The notes: generated from the sequence alone by a model not told the origin. DNA of 64,000 bases from Minisyncoccota bacterium (GCA_958295675.1 OY282360.1:530026-594025), one strand, 5' to 3'; numbered from the stretch's first letter, positions 31,529 to 42,459 are shown. Numbers and translations are program-made.

Positions 31529-31580
31529 GCCAGCAGTATATCAGGAACCGAGTTACGCCGCCTTTTTCATTTCTTCACCT

Positions 31581-32342
31581 TTATTCCAACGCTGCTGTGA
31601 CAGGTTTTCTTCCAGTATATTCTGCTCTCTCTATATACTTATATAGACCGGATGTAACTATAAACTTCAAATCATCCAAAGAACATGAAAAAATGCCGGG
31701 CATATTCATAACTTGATCTTTATAACCGGCAAGCACCAACATACCGGCAATATATCCGTTAAGAGATCTTTTATCAAAATAGTGAAGATACTCAGCGAGA
31801 ACATTGATGTACCCCGCCTTTATCAATGTGCCAGCAAGATCATGCTGATGAACATCAGCAAATGTGTCGTTCAGATGCGCAAAAACAAGTGCTCCGTTAC
31901 CCTGTTCAGCGAGTATGAGGGCTATATCGGCACGATACGATGAATTAAATGAATTTATCTTCGGAATAATTTCCCCAACGGGTAGAGTATGTATGGCATC
32001 TCTCACAAAAGATAACGCCTCTCTTTTGCTGGCTTGCACATGCTTCATGACAGATTCAGGACCAATATCCTTCAGTTCTGTATGAAGATTCTCTTTCATA
32101 TCAATTCTTCTTTCTTTCGTTAATCCTTTTTCATTAGACCAAGGGTCTCTCTTCCAATTATAATTATGATTATAATTACCACGAGTATGATGACTTCTTC
32201 TCCTTGTTACCTTTCCGTGCTGCTCAACAAATTTTTTATCCTTCGGGCGTTGTTCAGGACTCTGCGATCGCGTTGCATCAAAAGATTTATTTCCTAACAT
32301 GCTAGGCATGCTACCACACCCACAATACCAAAAACAAGACAT
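31581..32342 (-). CDS. Hypothetical protein, start uncertain
   Basis: 253-aa ORF filling the gap; no recognised motif. Confidence 0.55.
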   Translation of the reverse strand: MSCFWYCGCGSMPSMLGNKSFDATRSQSPEQRPKDKKFVEQHGKVTRRRSHHTRGNYNHNYNWKRDPWSNEKGLTKERRIDMKENLHTELKDIGPESVMKHVQASKREALSFVRDAIHTLPVGEIIPKINSFNSSYRADIALILAEQGNGALVFAHLNDTFADVHQHDLAGTLIKAGYINVLAEYLHYFDKRSLNGYIAGMLVLAGYKDQVMNMPGIFSCSLDDLKFIVTSGLYKYIERAEYTGRKPVTAALE

Positions 32343-32393
32343 ACCCTGTTAACAATACATTTCTTTTTTCAACTCTCTAAAACATAGACATCT

Positions 32394-33458
32394 TCACAAC
32401 CTGGTATCATCATAACGAATTTTATTTGGATACCGTTTCTCCAGTGCTGCTTTCTCATTGCCTGGCAGCGCTTGGTTCACTTGTATAGTTCCTATAATTT
32501 TGACAGGCCAGTTAGTGATACCTTGCGTGCTAGTTAGACTATTGAGATACAGGTCACCACCAATCTCCTCCGGCAATGTAACTTCATCTGCAGAGGTAAG
32601 ACCAGCAAGAGATAAATTACCACCAACCTCCTTTGGCAGGATGGATCTTTTCACGGAGGCAATCTTGTAGAGATACAGATGACCACCGATCTTTTCTGGG
32701 AAGGTAATAAGATTATCTACGGAAGTTAATTTGGTGAGATATAAAGAACCACCAATCGTTTTCGGCAAAGCAAGTTTCTTTGTGGAAACAAGATGACGGA
32801 GATTCAGATCACCACCGACTTCCTCCGGCATGGTGAATTCAATATCTATGGATTCAAGAAGATTAAGATCTATACTGCCACCAACCTTCTTCGGCAGGGT
32901 AAACCCTTTTACAGAGATGAGATTCCCAAGAGACAAACTGCCTTCAATCTCCTCTGGCAAAACAATTTTATCGTCGTCAATGGAAATGAAATCATCAAGT
33001 TTTAAATCACCGCAATGGTAGCGCATTTTTCCCAAAAGCGCATCTAATTTAGTCAAAGAAATACGATCAATGGTGGTGTCAAGCGCACATGCGATATCCT
33101 GTTTCTTTTGTGTATCACTTCTCCTTTCTTTCAAATATATTTGTCTTTGTTGTTCCCTAATATCATAACCTCTCGCTCTCGGATACTGATCAATATCATA
33201 CAACAGACGGTATTCCCGTTTCGTGCAAGGTACACCGTGTGCTATCTTCCGTTCTATACGATCCAGATGTGCACTGAACGGTTGACTATAAAATGCAACA
33301 TCATCACGCAATTCTTCCGCCAATGTATCAAACTCCCTTATTGTTTTCTTTGTTGTTTCGGATTCTGCTCCTTCTCTGACAAGCGCGGAGACACACGATT
33401 CCCGCAATCCGTCCAGTTCTTTCAACTGTTCCCGCAATTCTTTACATATATCTGCCAT
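32394..33458 (-). CDS. LRR-like protein, paralog 2
   Basis: MADICKEL N-terminus, GGxLxL repeats, ITNWP...LEKRYP cap. Confidence 0.85.
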   Translation of the reverse strand: MADICKELREQLKELDGLRESCVSALVREGAESETTKKTIREFDTLAEELRDDVAFYSQPFSAHLDRIERKIAHGVPCTKREYRLLYDIDQYPRARGYDIREQQRQIYLKERRSDTQKKQDIACALDTTIDRISLTKLDALLGKMRYHCGDLKLDDFISIDDDKIVLPEEIEGSLSLGNLISVKGFTLPKKVGGSIDLNLLESIDIEFTMPEEVGGDLNLRHLVSTKKLALPKTIGGSLYLTKLTSVDNLITFPEKIGGHLYLYKIASVKRSILPKEVGGNLSLAGLTSADEVTLPEEIGGDLYLNSLTSTQGITNWPVKIIGTIQVNQALPGNEKAALEKRYPNKIRYDDTRL

Positions 33459-33480
33459 ACCAAGAGTAAGATAGCATGGT

Positions 33481-34491
33481 TCACAGATATGCGTCTTCAA
33501 CCTGACTCGGATAGCGTTTCTCCAATGCTGCTTTCTCACTGTCTGACAATCTAAAGTTCACACGCACAGTTCCTCCAATATTACCGGGCCATTTAGTGAT
33601 ACCTTGCGTGCTGGTGAGATTACTGAGATTCAAATCACCACCAACCTCCTCCGGCATAGTGAGCTTATTCTTTATGGATGTGAGTCTGCCAAGAATCAGA
33701 TTACCGCCAACCTTCTTCGGCATGGTGAGTTTCTTCTTTATGAATGCGAGATTACTGAGATTCAGATCATCACCGACTTCCTCCGGCATGATGAGTTCCT
33801 TCTTTATGAATGTGAGTCTGCCAAGAATCAGATTACCGCCAACCTTCTTCGGCATGGTGAGTTTCTTCTTTATGAATGCGAGATTACTGAGATTCAGATC
33901 ATCACCGACTTCCTCCGGCATGATGAGTTCCTTCTTTATGGATGTGAAATTTCTGAGATCCAAACCACCACCAATATTCTCCGGCAGAGTGATTCTTTTC
34001 GCAGAGGTTAAATTATTGAAATTGAGATTATGGAAAACCAGATTGCCGTAATGGTACCGTATATCACCAGAAAATGCTTCTTTTTTGGTCAGAGAAATAC
34101 GATCAAGGGTAGTGCCAAGCACAAATGCGAGATCTCGTTTCTTTTCTTCATCGCTTCTCCATTTTTCTACCATATCTTTTCGTCTTTTTCTTTCCTCTTC
34201 ATTGTTACCTTTCAGGTGCTGATCTATACCGTACAACACCCAGTATTCCCATTTCGTCAGGTTCTTCTTGTCCTCCATCTTCCGCTCTATATCGTCCAGA
34301 CGCTCATCAAACGGTTGTCTGTACAGTACCACCACATCATGCAATTCTTCCGCCAATGTATCAAACTCCCTTATTGTTTTCTTTGTTGTTTCGGATTCTG
34401 CTCCTTCTCTGACAAGGACGGAGACACACGATTCTCGCAGGATGTCTAATTTATTCAACTGTTCCCGCAATTCTTTACATATATCCACCAT
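33481..34491 (-). CDS. LRR-like protein, paralog 3
   Basis: Same architecture; near-exact 132-bp internal duplication. Confidence 0.85.
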   Translation of the reverse strand: MVDICKELREQLNKLDILRESCVSVLVREGAESETTKKTIREFDTLAEELHDVVVLYRQPFDERLDDIERKMEDKKNLTKWEYWVLYGIDQHLKGNNEEERKRRKDMVEKWRSDEEKKRDLAFVLGTTLDRISLTKKEAFSGDIRYHYGNLVFHNLNFNNLTSAKRITLPENIGGGLDLRNFTSIKKELIMPEEVGDDLNLSNLAFIKKKLTMPKKVGGNLILGRLTFIKKELIMPEEVGDDLNLSNLAFIKKKLTMPKKVGGNLILGRLTSIKNKLTMPEEVGGDLNLSNLTSTQGITKWPGNIGGTVRVNFRLSDSEKAALEKRYPSQVEDAYL

Positions 34492-34587
34492 ACTGACGGT
34501 AGTGTACCATAGCTTTTTCTGATGTAATTATGATTATATTCGGCTTTCCTGTATGCAAGAAAGCAAACGAGTTTCGGATACAAAAAC

Positions 34588-34899
34588 TTATACTTCTGAC
34601 TTCTGTGTACCGCTCTCTTGACGCATTTTTTGCAAAAAACGATCTATTTCCTCTTTCAAAATTGTCTCAACATCAATATTTTTCTCTTGAAGAAAATCAG
34701 GAACGCTATTCTCGTTATTGTCATTACTCTTAAGCATGTTAAGGAAACTTTCCGCATCGGTATCATCCAATGCTTCAAGAATCCTCTTCAGAACACATGA
34801 ATCAATCACATCTTCAACAATTTCCACGAACTGATTCTGAACATCATCCGAAAAACCGTCCATGCCGAAAATTTTTATAACACTTTCTTTTTTACTCAT
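34588..34899 (-). CDS. Small acidic helical hypothetical protein
   Basis: 103-aa ORF, TACAAT 9 nt upstream. Confidence 0.65.
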   Translation of the reverse strand: MSKKESVIKIFGMDGFSDDVQNQFVEIVEDVIDSCVLKRILEALDDTDAESFLNMLKSNDNNENSVPDFLQEKNIDVETILKEEIDRFLQKMRQESGTQKSEV

Positions 34900-34943
34900 A
34901 CCACATGTATTGTATCATTAATTAATAATAACATTATTGACGA

Positions 34944-35327
34944 TTACTGAATCTGCGAATCATCAAACATACTGACCCTGTACCTCCTCCATAATGTATC
35001 TTTCACTTCATCAAAAGATTCTCCGTTGTATAATTTCGCTTGAAGTTTTGCGACCACAGGATGCTTTCCCACAAGAACAAACATATCTCCGAGCATTTTT
35101 TTTGCTACCGCATCACGCTCCTGAACAGCATCCGGTAACTCACCGCGCCATTTTTCCCGATCTGCCCCTGATCCGAATGTTCCACCGTGTACCTCATTAA
35201 CAAAACCATAAAGGTTATTACTTAATGATTCAACCCGTTCGTTCGAAGCTCGCAGTGTTTCCAAGCTGGCGTTAAGCCGCTCCTTCGCATCATCGTACCG
35301 CGCTGCCCTTTTTTCATAATTTACCAT
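34944..35327 (-). CDS. Hypothetical protein
   Basis: 127-aa ORF. Confidence 0.6.
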   Translation of the reverse strand: MVNYEKRAARYDDAKERLNASLETLRASNERVESLSNNLYGFVNEVHGGTFGSGADREKWRGELPDAVQERDAVAKKMLGDMFVLVGKHPVVAKLQAKLYNGESFDEVKDTLWRRYRVSMFDDSQIQ

Positions 35328-35626
35328 AAATTAAACATATTACTTAATAATGTATCCGATAAAACAACTAAAACAACACCTAAAATTAATATAACATGGC
35401 ATATAACGCTATGTGCCGCATTTTCCACAGACACATATCACAACAAACAACAATATATTGAATAAGGGATTGCAAGAACAACATACATAACACCTTTCTC
35501 TTGCTCCAACTGCTCCCGGTTTCGCTGTATCCGGGAAAGCGAGTACATGTTTAGGACAAGGTACCACTGTCCTGCTCTTCCGTTGCCGAAAGAATAATTG
35601 ACATTCCTCCTTGCGGAGGCAATTTC

Positions 35627-37089
35627 ACTTGAATTATTCCACGAACAGCTTCCGCTACCCGTGCCTTGTTACGCCTTAGCCCTTGTTATTGAATTTACCT
35701 TAGACCCGTATAAAACGGGGCATCGGGTACCCTCAACTTCCTTGACTTGGCGGGCGGTGAGTACAAGACTCGAGAACGTATTCACCGCAGCGTGCTGATC
35801 TGCGATTACTAGCGATTTCAACTTCATGGGGTCGAATTGCAGACCCCAATCCGGACTGAGACTGTTTTTATTAGGATTAGCTCCGGCTTGCGCCTTGGCA
35901 TCCCGTTGTAACAGCCATTGTATCATGCGTGCAGCCCGAGGCGTCAAGGGACATGCGGACCTGGCGTCATCCTCTCCTTCCTCCCTCGTGAGAGGGCAGT
36001 CTCGCCTGACATCATATAACAGACGACGAGGGTTGCGTTCGTTACCCCACTTAAGGGAACAGTTCAAACCACGAACTGACGACGGCCATGCATCACCTGC
36101 CTACCCGCCCGAAGGAGATACCCCTTTCAGGGTATCGTCGTGTAGGTTTCTAGCCTCGGTAAGGTTTGTCGCTTAGCATCGAATTAAGCCGCGTGATCCA
36201 CCGCTTGTGCGAGTCCCCGTCTATTCCTTTGAGTTTTAAGCTTGCGCTCGTACTACCCAGGCGGCTTGCTTAACGCGTTAGCTTCGCCTCTCAAGGGTCA
36301 ATGCCTCAAAAAGCCAGCAAGCATCGTTTAGGGCGTGGACTACTGGGGTATCTAATCCCATTCGCTACCCACGCTTTCGTCTCTGAGTGTCAGGAGCAGA
36401 CCAGTGTGCTGCCTTCGCTTTTGGTGTTCCCCACAGTATCAACGGATTTCACCCCTACTCTGTGAGTTCCACACACCTCTTCTGCCCTCTAGTGCTGCCG
36501 TTTCGTATGCGGTTTTCCGGTTGAGCCGGAAGATTTAACACACGACTAACAGCACCACCTACAGACGCTTTACGCCCAGTGATTCCGGGTAACGCTCGGG
36601 GCTTCTGTATTACCGCTCCTGCTGGCACAGAATTAGGAGCCCCTTATTCATACGGTACTGTCAATAAACTTCCTCCCGTATAAAAGGTGTTTACGCGCCG
36701 AAACGCTTCATCCACCACGCGGCGTCGCTCCGTCAGGCTTTCGCCCATTGCGGAATATTCTCGACTGCGGCCTCCCGTAGGAGTATGGCCCGTGTCTCAG
36801 TGCCATCGGTGGGGGTCAGGCTCTCACCTCCCCTACGCGTCATTGCCTTGGTACGCCGTTACCGTACCAACAAGCTGATGCGAAGCAGGCCCCTCCCTAA
36901 GCGAAAAATCTTTACTCCGTAGAGACTATCAGGAATTAGCACACCTTTCGATGCGTTATGCCTGACTTAGGGGTAGGTTCCTACCTGTTACTACCTCGTT
37001 TGCCACTGGGTCCGAAGACCCCGTTCGACTTGCATGCCCTATCCACGCCGCCAGCGTTCACCCTGAGCTAGGATCAAACTCTAAATAAA
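35627..37089 (-). rRNA. rrs: 16S rRNA, stand-alone, no intron; ends approximate
   Basis: AGAGTTTGATCC start, ACTCCTACGGGAGG, ATTAGATACCC, AAACTCAAAGGAAT, h45 GGAA loop. Confidence 0.98.
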
Positions 37090-37271
37090 GAAACGGTTGG
37101 AGCAAGAGAAAAGTGTCATATATAGCACACATCCTCTCTTGCAGATATCCTTACTCAAAAAATATAATAAAATAATAGGTTCTGTATGTTGATTGTTAAA
37201 AGGACAACGAGACACACTACCCTCCTCAAAAGGAAAACAAATACAAAAGTGTTTGTTTCGCGTGTATATTC

Positions 37272-37301
37272 AGTATACCCATATATGACAAAAAAGGTCA
37301 A
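37272..37301 (-). promoter_or_regulatory. Probable 16S promoter
   Basis: TTGACC-18nt-TATACT. Confidence 0.55.
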
Positions 37302-37335
37302 TGCAAGCGCACCAAAAAGCAAATCATACGAAATG

Positions 37336-40300
37336 TCAATGACGCGCCTGCGCCTCTAACAACTCCTGAATTTTTTGCTGAATTCGCTGTATCTCTCTTC
37401 TAAGAGATTGTATGAGTTCCTGTTGTTGCGTTTCAGTAAGCGCCTGTGCAGATGGTGATGCGTCAGATTGCACCTGAAACATGACGGTGCGGGTACGCGG
37501 ACCATAGTAGCCGCTCGCGGGTGTGATACCGCGCGCCTGTTGAAAGGCGATAAGCGCGCGGTGGGTTGCCGGTCCGAAGTAATCACTTTCATTGCCGACG
37601 GAACCGGGTCCTGTTTCAGCGACAGTATATCCGCCTTTGTTCAAAAATTGCTGAAGCGCACGCACACCGGGATCGCTCACACCAATCTCAAGGTCATATT
37701 CAGGCAGCAGCAGCGGTTCCGGTGCTAACAGAGATGAAAATCCGTCGGCGGGCAATGCTTCAACAGGAACAACGCCGGAGATGACAGGCGGTGCTGCAGA
37801 TTGCTCGGACACAGTGGGCGATTCAGGTATGCGCGGTGCGGAGACAGTCGGAGGACGGTACGAACTTCGGCTACCGCCTCCTCCGCCTCCGCTGCTGCCG
37901 CGACGGATTGAAAAAGATGACAACAACAGAGACACTGACGCGGCATTGCCGGCGACATCAATCATGGTGAGTGAACAGTCATCGTAGTTGCTGCGCGCTC
38001 CGGAGAAACGAAGGGTATGGCTCGCGGTGCCGGATCCGATAACTGATCCGGTAACCTGCAGATCATCGCAGACACCGCCTCCGCTGACAGCAAACCGTAC
38101 GGTCTCTTCAATGGTTTGGTTGTGGTTCACCGTAATAGTAACCTCCGGTCGTCGTGAACTCGGTACTGACACCGTTCTCTCAACAAATGCGGGAACGGAG
38201 GTGTCGCGAGTAACGGCGAGCGGCGCGCTATACACCGTATTGTGCGCACTGTCGCGAACTCTGGCACAAATATAACGAATGCCATCGGAAAGTGATGCAG
38301 CGGTGATAGTCGCTATATCAGTAATAGTGTACGAAAGCGTATCCGCGCATACCGAACCCGGGTTAGTGTCCGTTACCGCATAGGTAACCGTCACTCCGTC
38401 GTCCTCATTCACTGTGACGGCAGTCACAATCGGCTGCGTGTTCCGTTCCCCATCTCCCGCCTCATCAGCGTTTATATACCCGTCCGTCGCAACCCCGGCA
38501 TGCGATAAATGCGCGGTAACAGTCGGCGCGACGGTATCAACGGTAACGGTAAGAGCAGGAGACGGATCAGACAGCGGACTGCCATTAATTGACTGTTTTG
38601 CGGCTATAGTCCACGAACCGGATATACCGGCGGCGGCAATACGACTGCCCTGTGCATCCGCCGCGGTTGTGAGATCAAGAGTGATTGTATAGCTGCCGTC
38701 AGCACTGTCGGCGACAGCAGTGCCGGTAGCAGTGTAAGCGGTAGCATCAACGGTCTTCACGGCGGTAAGGGTCACCGTAGCACCGGCATTCGCGGTACCG
38801 GAGAATGAAAGTGTCGTATTCCCCGTTACAGCATCCTCCGACCCCGTATCAGACGATGTCTCAAGAGCCGGCAAAGCAGGAGCAGCCGGCTGAAACAATA
38901 GCGGATAGCGGCGTTTCAGTTCGCGCAGCGCGCCGAGAGTGTTCAGCACCCTGCCGCCGCCGACAACCTGCGCGCTTGTCAGACCGCTCGTGCCGCCGAC
39001 CGCATGTGTCGCCGCGGTCAGGGTGTTTGAACCGCTCAGCAAGATATCACGCGTCTCGGCGACGGTGAGATCCGGCTTTACCTCAAGCAGCATAGCCGCG
39101 GTGCCGGCGACCATCGGCGCGGCAACGGAGGTGCCGGAAAAAACGCGATAGTACCCGCGCAGCAGCTCCTGCTGATGTGTAAGATCAGCGCGAAGAGGAC
39201 CTTTGAAGAACACAAATTCATTATCAAATATCTTACAGTTCTCTTTTGTCAGCCCGGTGGTTGGTGAACCACTCCAATCAAATCTAAAATGAAAGTTTGA
39301 AGTCAAGTGCGCAGTACCGGACAATTCAGCGTATGAAAATGTGTGTGTTGCCGGATTATGCAGTGCAATAGGACTGGAATAGTCCGTTCCGTCACCGCTG
39401 AACGAGTATGAAAGATGATTGTACTCACCCCGACAATCATGCCGAATGGCAAGGAGTACCCGTTCACCGCGCGCGGGATCAATAAAACTAAGATCAATCG
39501 GTCCGATGGTATAGGAAGACGCGGCGGAAGCGGCAGTTTCCGAACCGGCATCCGGTATCGGCGATATATAGCGCGTACCCGAATCAGTGCCGGACGACCA
39601 CGATGTCGCGCTAACGGGGACGGCGGAACCGTCGCCCAGCCCGCTTCCCTGCTGCAATCTGGAGTATCCCGACTTATACGACGGCAATGCCACACCAACC
39701 GCCGGCGCGAGTATCTCTATATGCGGTCCGTAATTTGTGCCGCCGTACACGGCATTATTCCTGTCCACACCACCGACCGCGAGGACATGAGAGAGTCCGG
39801 TCCAGCATTCATTGCCGTCAGTATCGCTGACTGACTCGGTGTAATCAACCGGTACAACCCAGTCGCTTGTGGTACCGATCTTCCTCCCGCTGTTGCCGGC
39901 GGCGATAGTGACAATGCCGGGAAAATCACGCAACGCGGCGTAGAGCATTGCGTCAAAACCGCCCTGCTTTTTCTCTTCCGCCGTGCCGCACGATAGCGTG
40001 CTTGAGGACGAATTGTTGGGATAGGTACGCGCCCAACTGATACTGAGCACATCCGCACCGTTATGCCGCGCCGTGTTAATCATACGCACGGCATCCGCCG
40101 TATACACCTTATCAACCTTGTACGGGAATCTGCTGCTCGGCGGCGCGGCGAGCGCCATCAACCGGCTGTTCTGCGCCACACCGAACGCGCCCTTTCCGTT
40201 ATTAAAACCGCCGAGCGCGGCACCCGCCATCGCGGTGCCGTGCACGGCAAAACCGGCTTCCGGATCGTTAGTGAACACCCGCTGTGTCCGACCGTTCACC

Positions 40301-40977
40301 AACCGCGCCTCAACATTAAAACCGCCCTTCGGACACCCGCTAACAAATGCGGTATTTGTATCATCAAAACAGGATGTCGGCTGCCACAACATTCCCTGAA
40401 ATTCAGGATGTGATGTCTTGATATTCGTATCAACAACGGCAATAACAGGTGCGCTGTCAGCGCGGTATGAATCCGGCGGTATCAAACCATACGCTTCTCC
40501 GAGACCCAAAAAAGAGAACGGCCACGCGTAGGTGTTTGCAATAAGCGGATCATTTGACGGCGGTTCGGTCTGCGCGTCGTACGCGAAGTTCGGCTGCGCG
40601 TGCGCGATACCGGCAACAGCGGACACCTCAGCGGACAACGCGGCAACATCAACATGCTCATCAAACGAAAGCAGTGCGGCACCGGTATCAGTAGCAACAT
40701 CTTCCGTGCGAATATCGTCAGTATCAACGCCGTGCTCACGCAATACTTTTTCCACCTCCAGATACAATGCTTCCTTCGCGTCAATAACATGAGTACTACT
40801 AACGGAAACATCGGAATCAATCTCCTCATACACCACAATAATCTGGTTCGGCGCATACACATCAGCGGAAGAATCTTCGGAAACAGTGACTGCACCCTGC
40901 GCGGCGGCGTATGGCACCGACAAACACATACAAAAGAGTAAAAAACAGAAACTGCCGTTCTGCAACGAAATATACAT
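37336..40977 (-). CDS. Secreted S8 subtilisin-like protease with Ig-like domains and a C-terminal peptidoglycan-binding domain
   Basis: VVDT / HGTAMAG / AAGN / SGTSVAAP; VRALQQFLN...YFGPAT..AL..FQ. Confidence 0.9.
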   Translation of the reverse strand: MYISLQNGSFCFLLFCMCLSVPYAAAQGAVTVSEDSSADVYAPNQIIVVYEEIDSDVSVSSTHVIDAKEALYLEVEKVLREHGVDTDDIRTEDVATDTGAALLSFDEHVDVAALSAEVSAVAGIAHAQPNFAYDAQTEPPSNDPLIANTYAWPFSFLGLGEAYGLIPPDSYRADSAPVIAVVDTNIKTSHPEFQGMLWQPTSCFDDTNTAFVSGCPKGGFNVEARLVNGRTQRVFTNDPEAGFAVHGTAMAGAALGGFNNGKGAFGVAQNSRLMALAAPPSSRFPYKVDKVYTADAVRMINTARHNGADVLSISWARTYPNNSSSSTLSCGTAEEKKQGGFDAMLYAALRDFPGIVTIAAGNSGRKIGTTSDWVVPVDYTESVSDTDGNECWTGLSHVLAVGGVDRNNAVYGGTNYGPHIEILAPAVGVALPSYKSGYSRLQQGSGLGDGSAVPVSATSWSSGTDSGTRYISPIPDAGSETAASAASSYTIGPIDLSFIDPARGERVLLAIRHDCRGEYNHLSYSFSGDGTDYSSPIALHNPATHTFSYAELSGTAHLTSNFHFRFDWSGSPTTGLTKENCKIFDNEFVFFKGPLRADLTHQQELLRGYYRVFSGTSVAAPMVAGTAAMLLEVKPDLTVAETRDILLSGSNTLTAATHAVGGTSGLTSAQVVGGGRVLNTLGALRELKRRYPLLFQPAAPALPALETSSDTGSEDAVTGNTTLSFSGTANAGATVTLTAVKTVDATAYTATGTAVADSADGSYTITLDLTTAADAQGSRIAAAGISGSWTIAAKQSINGSPLSDPSPALTVTVDTVAPTVTAHLSHAGVATDGYINADEAGDGERNTQPIVTAVTVNEDDGVTVTYAVTDTNPGSVCADTLSYTITDIATITAASLSDGIRYICARVRDSAHNTVYSAPLAVTRDTSVPAFVERTVSVPSSRRPEVTITVNHNQTIEETVRFAVSGGGVCDDLQVTGSVIGSGTASHTLRFSGARSNYDDCSLTMIDVAGNAASVSLLLSSFSIRRGSSGGGGGGSRSSYRPPTVSAPRIPESPTVSEQSAAPPVISGVVPVEALPADGFSSLLAPEPLLLPEYDLEIGVSDPGVRALQQFLNKGGYTVAETGPGSVGNESDYFGPATHRALIAFQQARGITPASGYYGPRTRTVMFQVQSDASPSAQALTETQQQELIQSLRREIQRIQQKIQELLEAQARH

Positions 40978-40989
40978 ACCGCCAGTGTA

Positions 40990-42276
40990 TCACGCGATCC
41001 GGGCAATAGTGTTCAAAAACGAATCAGTCACCGTCTCCGGCACTTCAGTACTCCCGACATAGCACACCGCCATAGTATCTGTAACAAAAATATCCTCCGC
41101 GACCCGGCGTACATCCGCAGGCGTTACCGCCCTGATATGCTTCTCGTATTCCTCATCGGACTCCACGGCACCCGTTTGCGCGTACAGCACCATATTCCGT
41201 CCGGCAATACCCTGTGTGCTCTCCTGTTGCACAGCACGGACACCGAGAATGTACTCCCGCGCCTTCCGTAATTCATCATCAGACACCGTATCCCGCAGTA
41301 CAGCGGCGCACTCATCGGCAACGGCTCCCATCACCTCTTCGGTCCGTTTCCCGTTAATGCCCGTATAGATTGAAAAACTGCCGTAATGCGCGTTCATATC
41401 AGCGGACGCATTGATGGTGTAGCAAGCACCGAGATGTTCGCGCACCCGCAGAAACAAACGGGAACTCATAGAACCGCCGAGTACCGTACCAAGCAACTGA
41501 AGCGCATGACGGTCATCGCTGCCGCATGACGGCGCGTACCCGCCGATAACAATATGCGACTGCTCCAAATCAGAACGCACCACATGTACATGCTTCTGTT
41601 TTACACCGACAGCGGATACCGCGACCTGCTCGGTATGCCCGCCGACAGGTGCTGATCGGTACATGCGCTCCAATGCGGCGAACACTTCTTCAGAATCAAA
41701 CTTACCGGCGACAGAAATAATGATATTGCCGGAGACATAATGTTTCCGTAAAAACTGCACGAAGTCATCGCGGGAAAACGACCGGACTGAATCAGCAGTG
41801 CCGAGAATATCATGCTCGGCGGCAGTTCCATGAAACAGTGATTTTTCAACTTCATTACCGGCTTTTGCGGCGGGATCATCCTCGTACATTGCTATCTCCT
41901 CAACGATAACACTCTTTTCTTTTTCAAGTTCACCGGCGGGAAACAGAGAACGCAAAAAAATATCAGAAGTGATATCCATCATATCGCCGATTCTCTCCGC
42001 CCTGCCGAACAGATAGTAGCCGGTATATTCCCTTGAGGTATACGCGTTCCCGACGACACCGGACTCGTCCATGCGCACCAGCAGCTGCGTATAGTCGGGA
42101 TAGGTTTCCGTCCCCTTGAAACACATATGTTCAAAAAAATGAGCCAAACCATGCTCATGCGCCTCCTCATGATTCGCGCCGATATTCACGCCGACCAGCA
42201 CGCACGCCGTCTTTGCGTGCGCATTAGGATCAAAAATAACAGTAATCCCGTTGCTCATCGTGCGTACCTCAGCCAT
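40990..42276 (-). CDS. M16 family zinc peptidase
   Basis: GLAHFFEHMCFKGT, NAYTS, MSSRLF..VRE..G..Y. Confidence 0.95.
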   Translation of the reverse strand: MAEVRTMSNGITVIFDPNAHAKTACVLVGVNIGANHEEAHEHGLAHFFEHMCFKGTETYPDYTQLLVRMDESGVVGNAYTSREYTGYYLFGRAERIGDMMDITSDIFLRSLFPAGELEKEKSVIVEEIAMYEDDPAAKAGNEVEKSLFHGTAAEHDILGTADSVRSFSRDDFVQFLRKHYVSGNIIISVAGKFDSEEVFAALERMYRSAPVGGHTEQVAVSAVGVKQKHVHVVRSDLEQSHIVIGGYAPSCGSDDRHALQLLGTVLGGSMSSRLFLRVREHLGACYTINASADMNAHYGSFSIYTGINGKRTEEVMGAVADECAAVLRDTVSDDELRKAREYILGVRAVQQESTQGIAGRNMVLYAQTGAVESDEEYEKHIRAVTPADVRRVAEDIFVTDTMAVCYVGSTEVPETVTDSFLNTIARIA

Positions 42277-42459
42277 ACACCTACCACTATACATCAAAAC
42301 GCAGTACCGGTAATCACATTTTTTCTCAACACCAAAAAGTACACCATCCTGTTCTACAACATACCAAAAAAACAGTAATATAACTACAAAACAACAGCAA
42401 AATATGCTACACTACCCGCCAGAACCCTGTTCTTTCCACACACAACGAGGACGTTTCTC

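Noticed and set aside
25910-34491. Diversity-generating retroelement acting on LRR genes
   Set aside because: No reverse transcriptase or non-coding template seen; differences are not evidently A-specific
35598-36878. ORFs inside 16S (likewise 62283-63293 over 5S/23S)
   Set aside because: They overlap rRNA and are spurious
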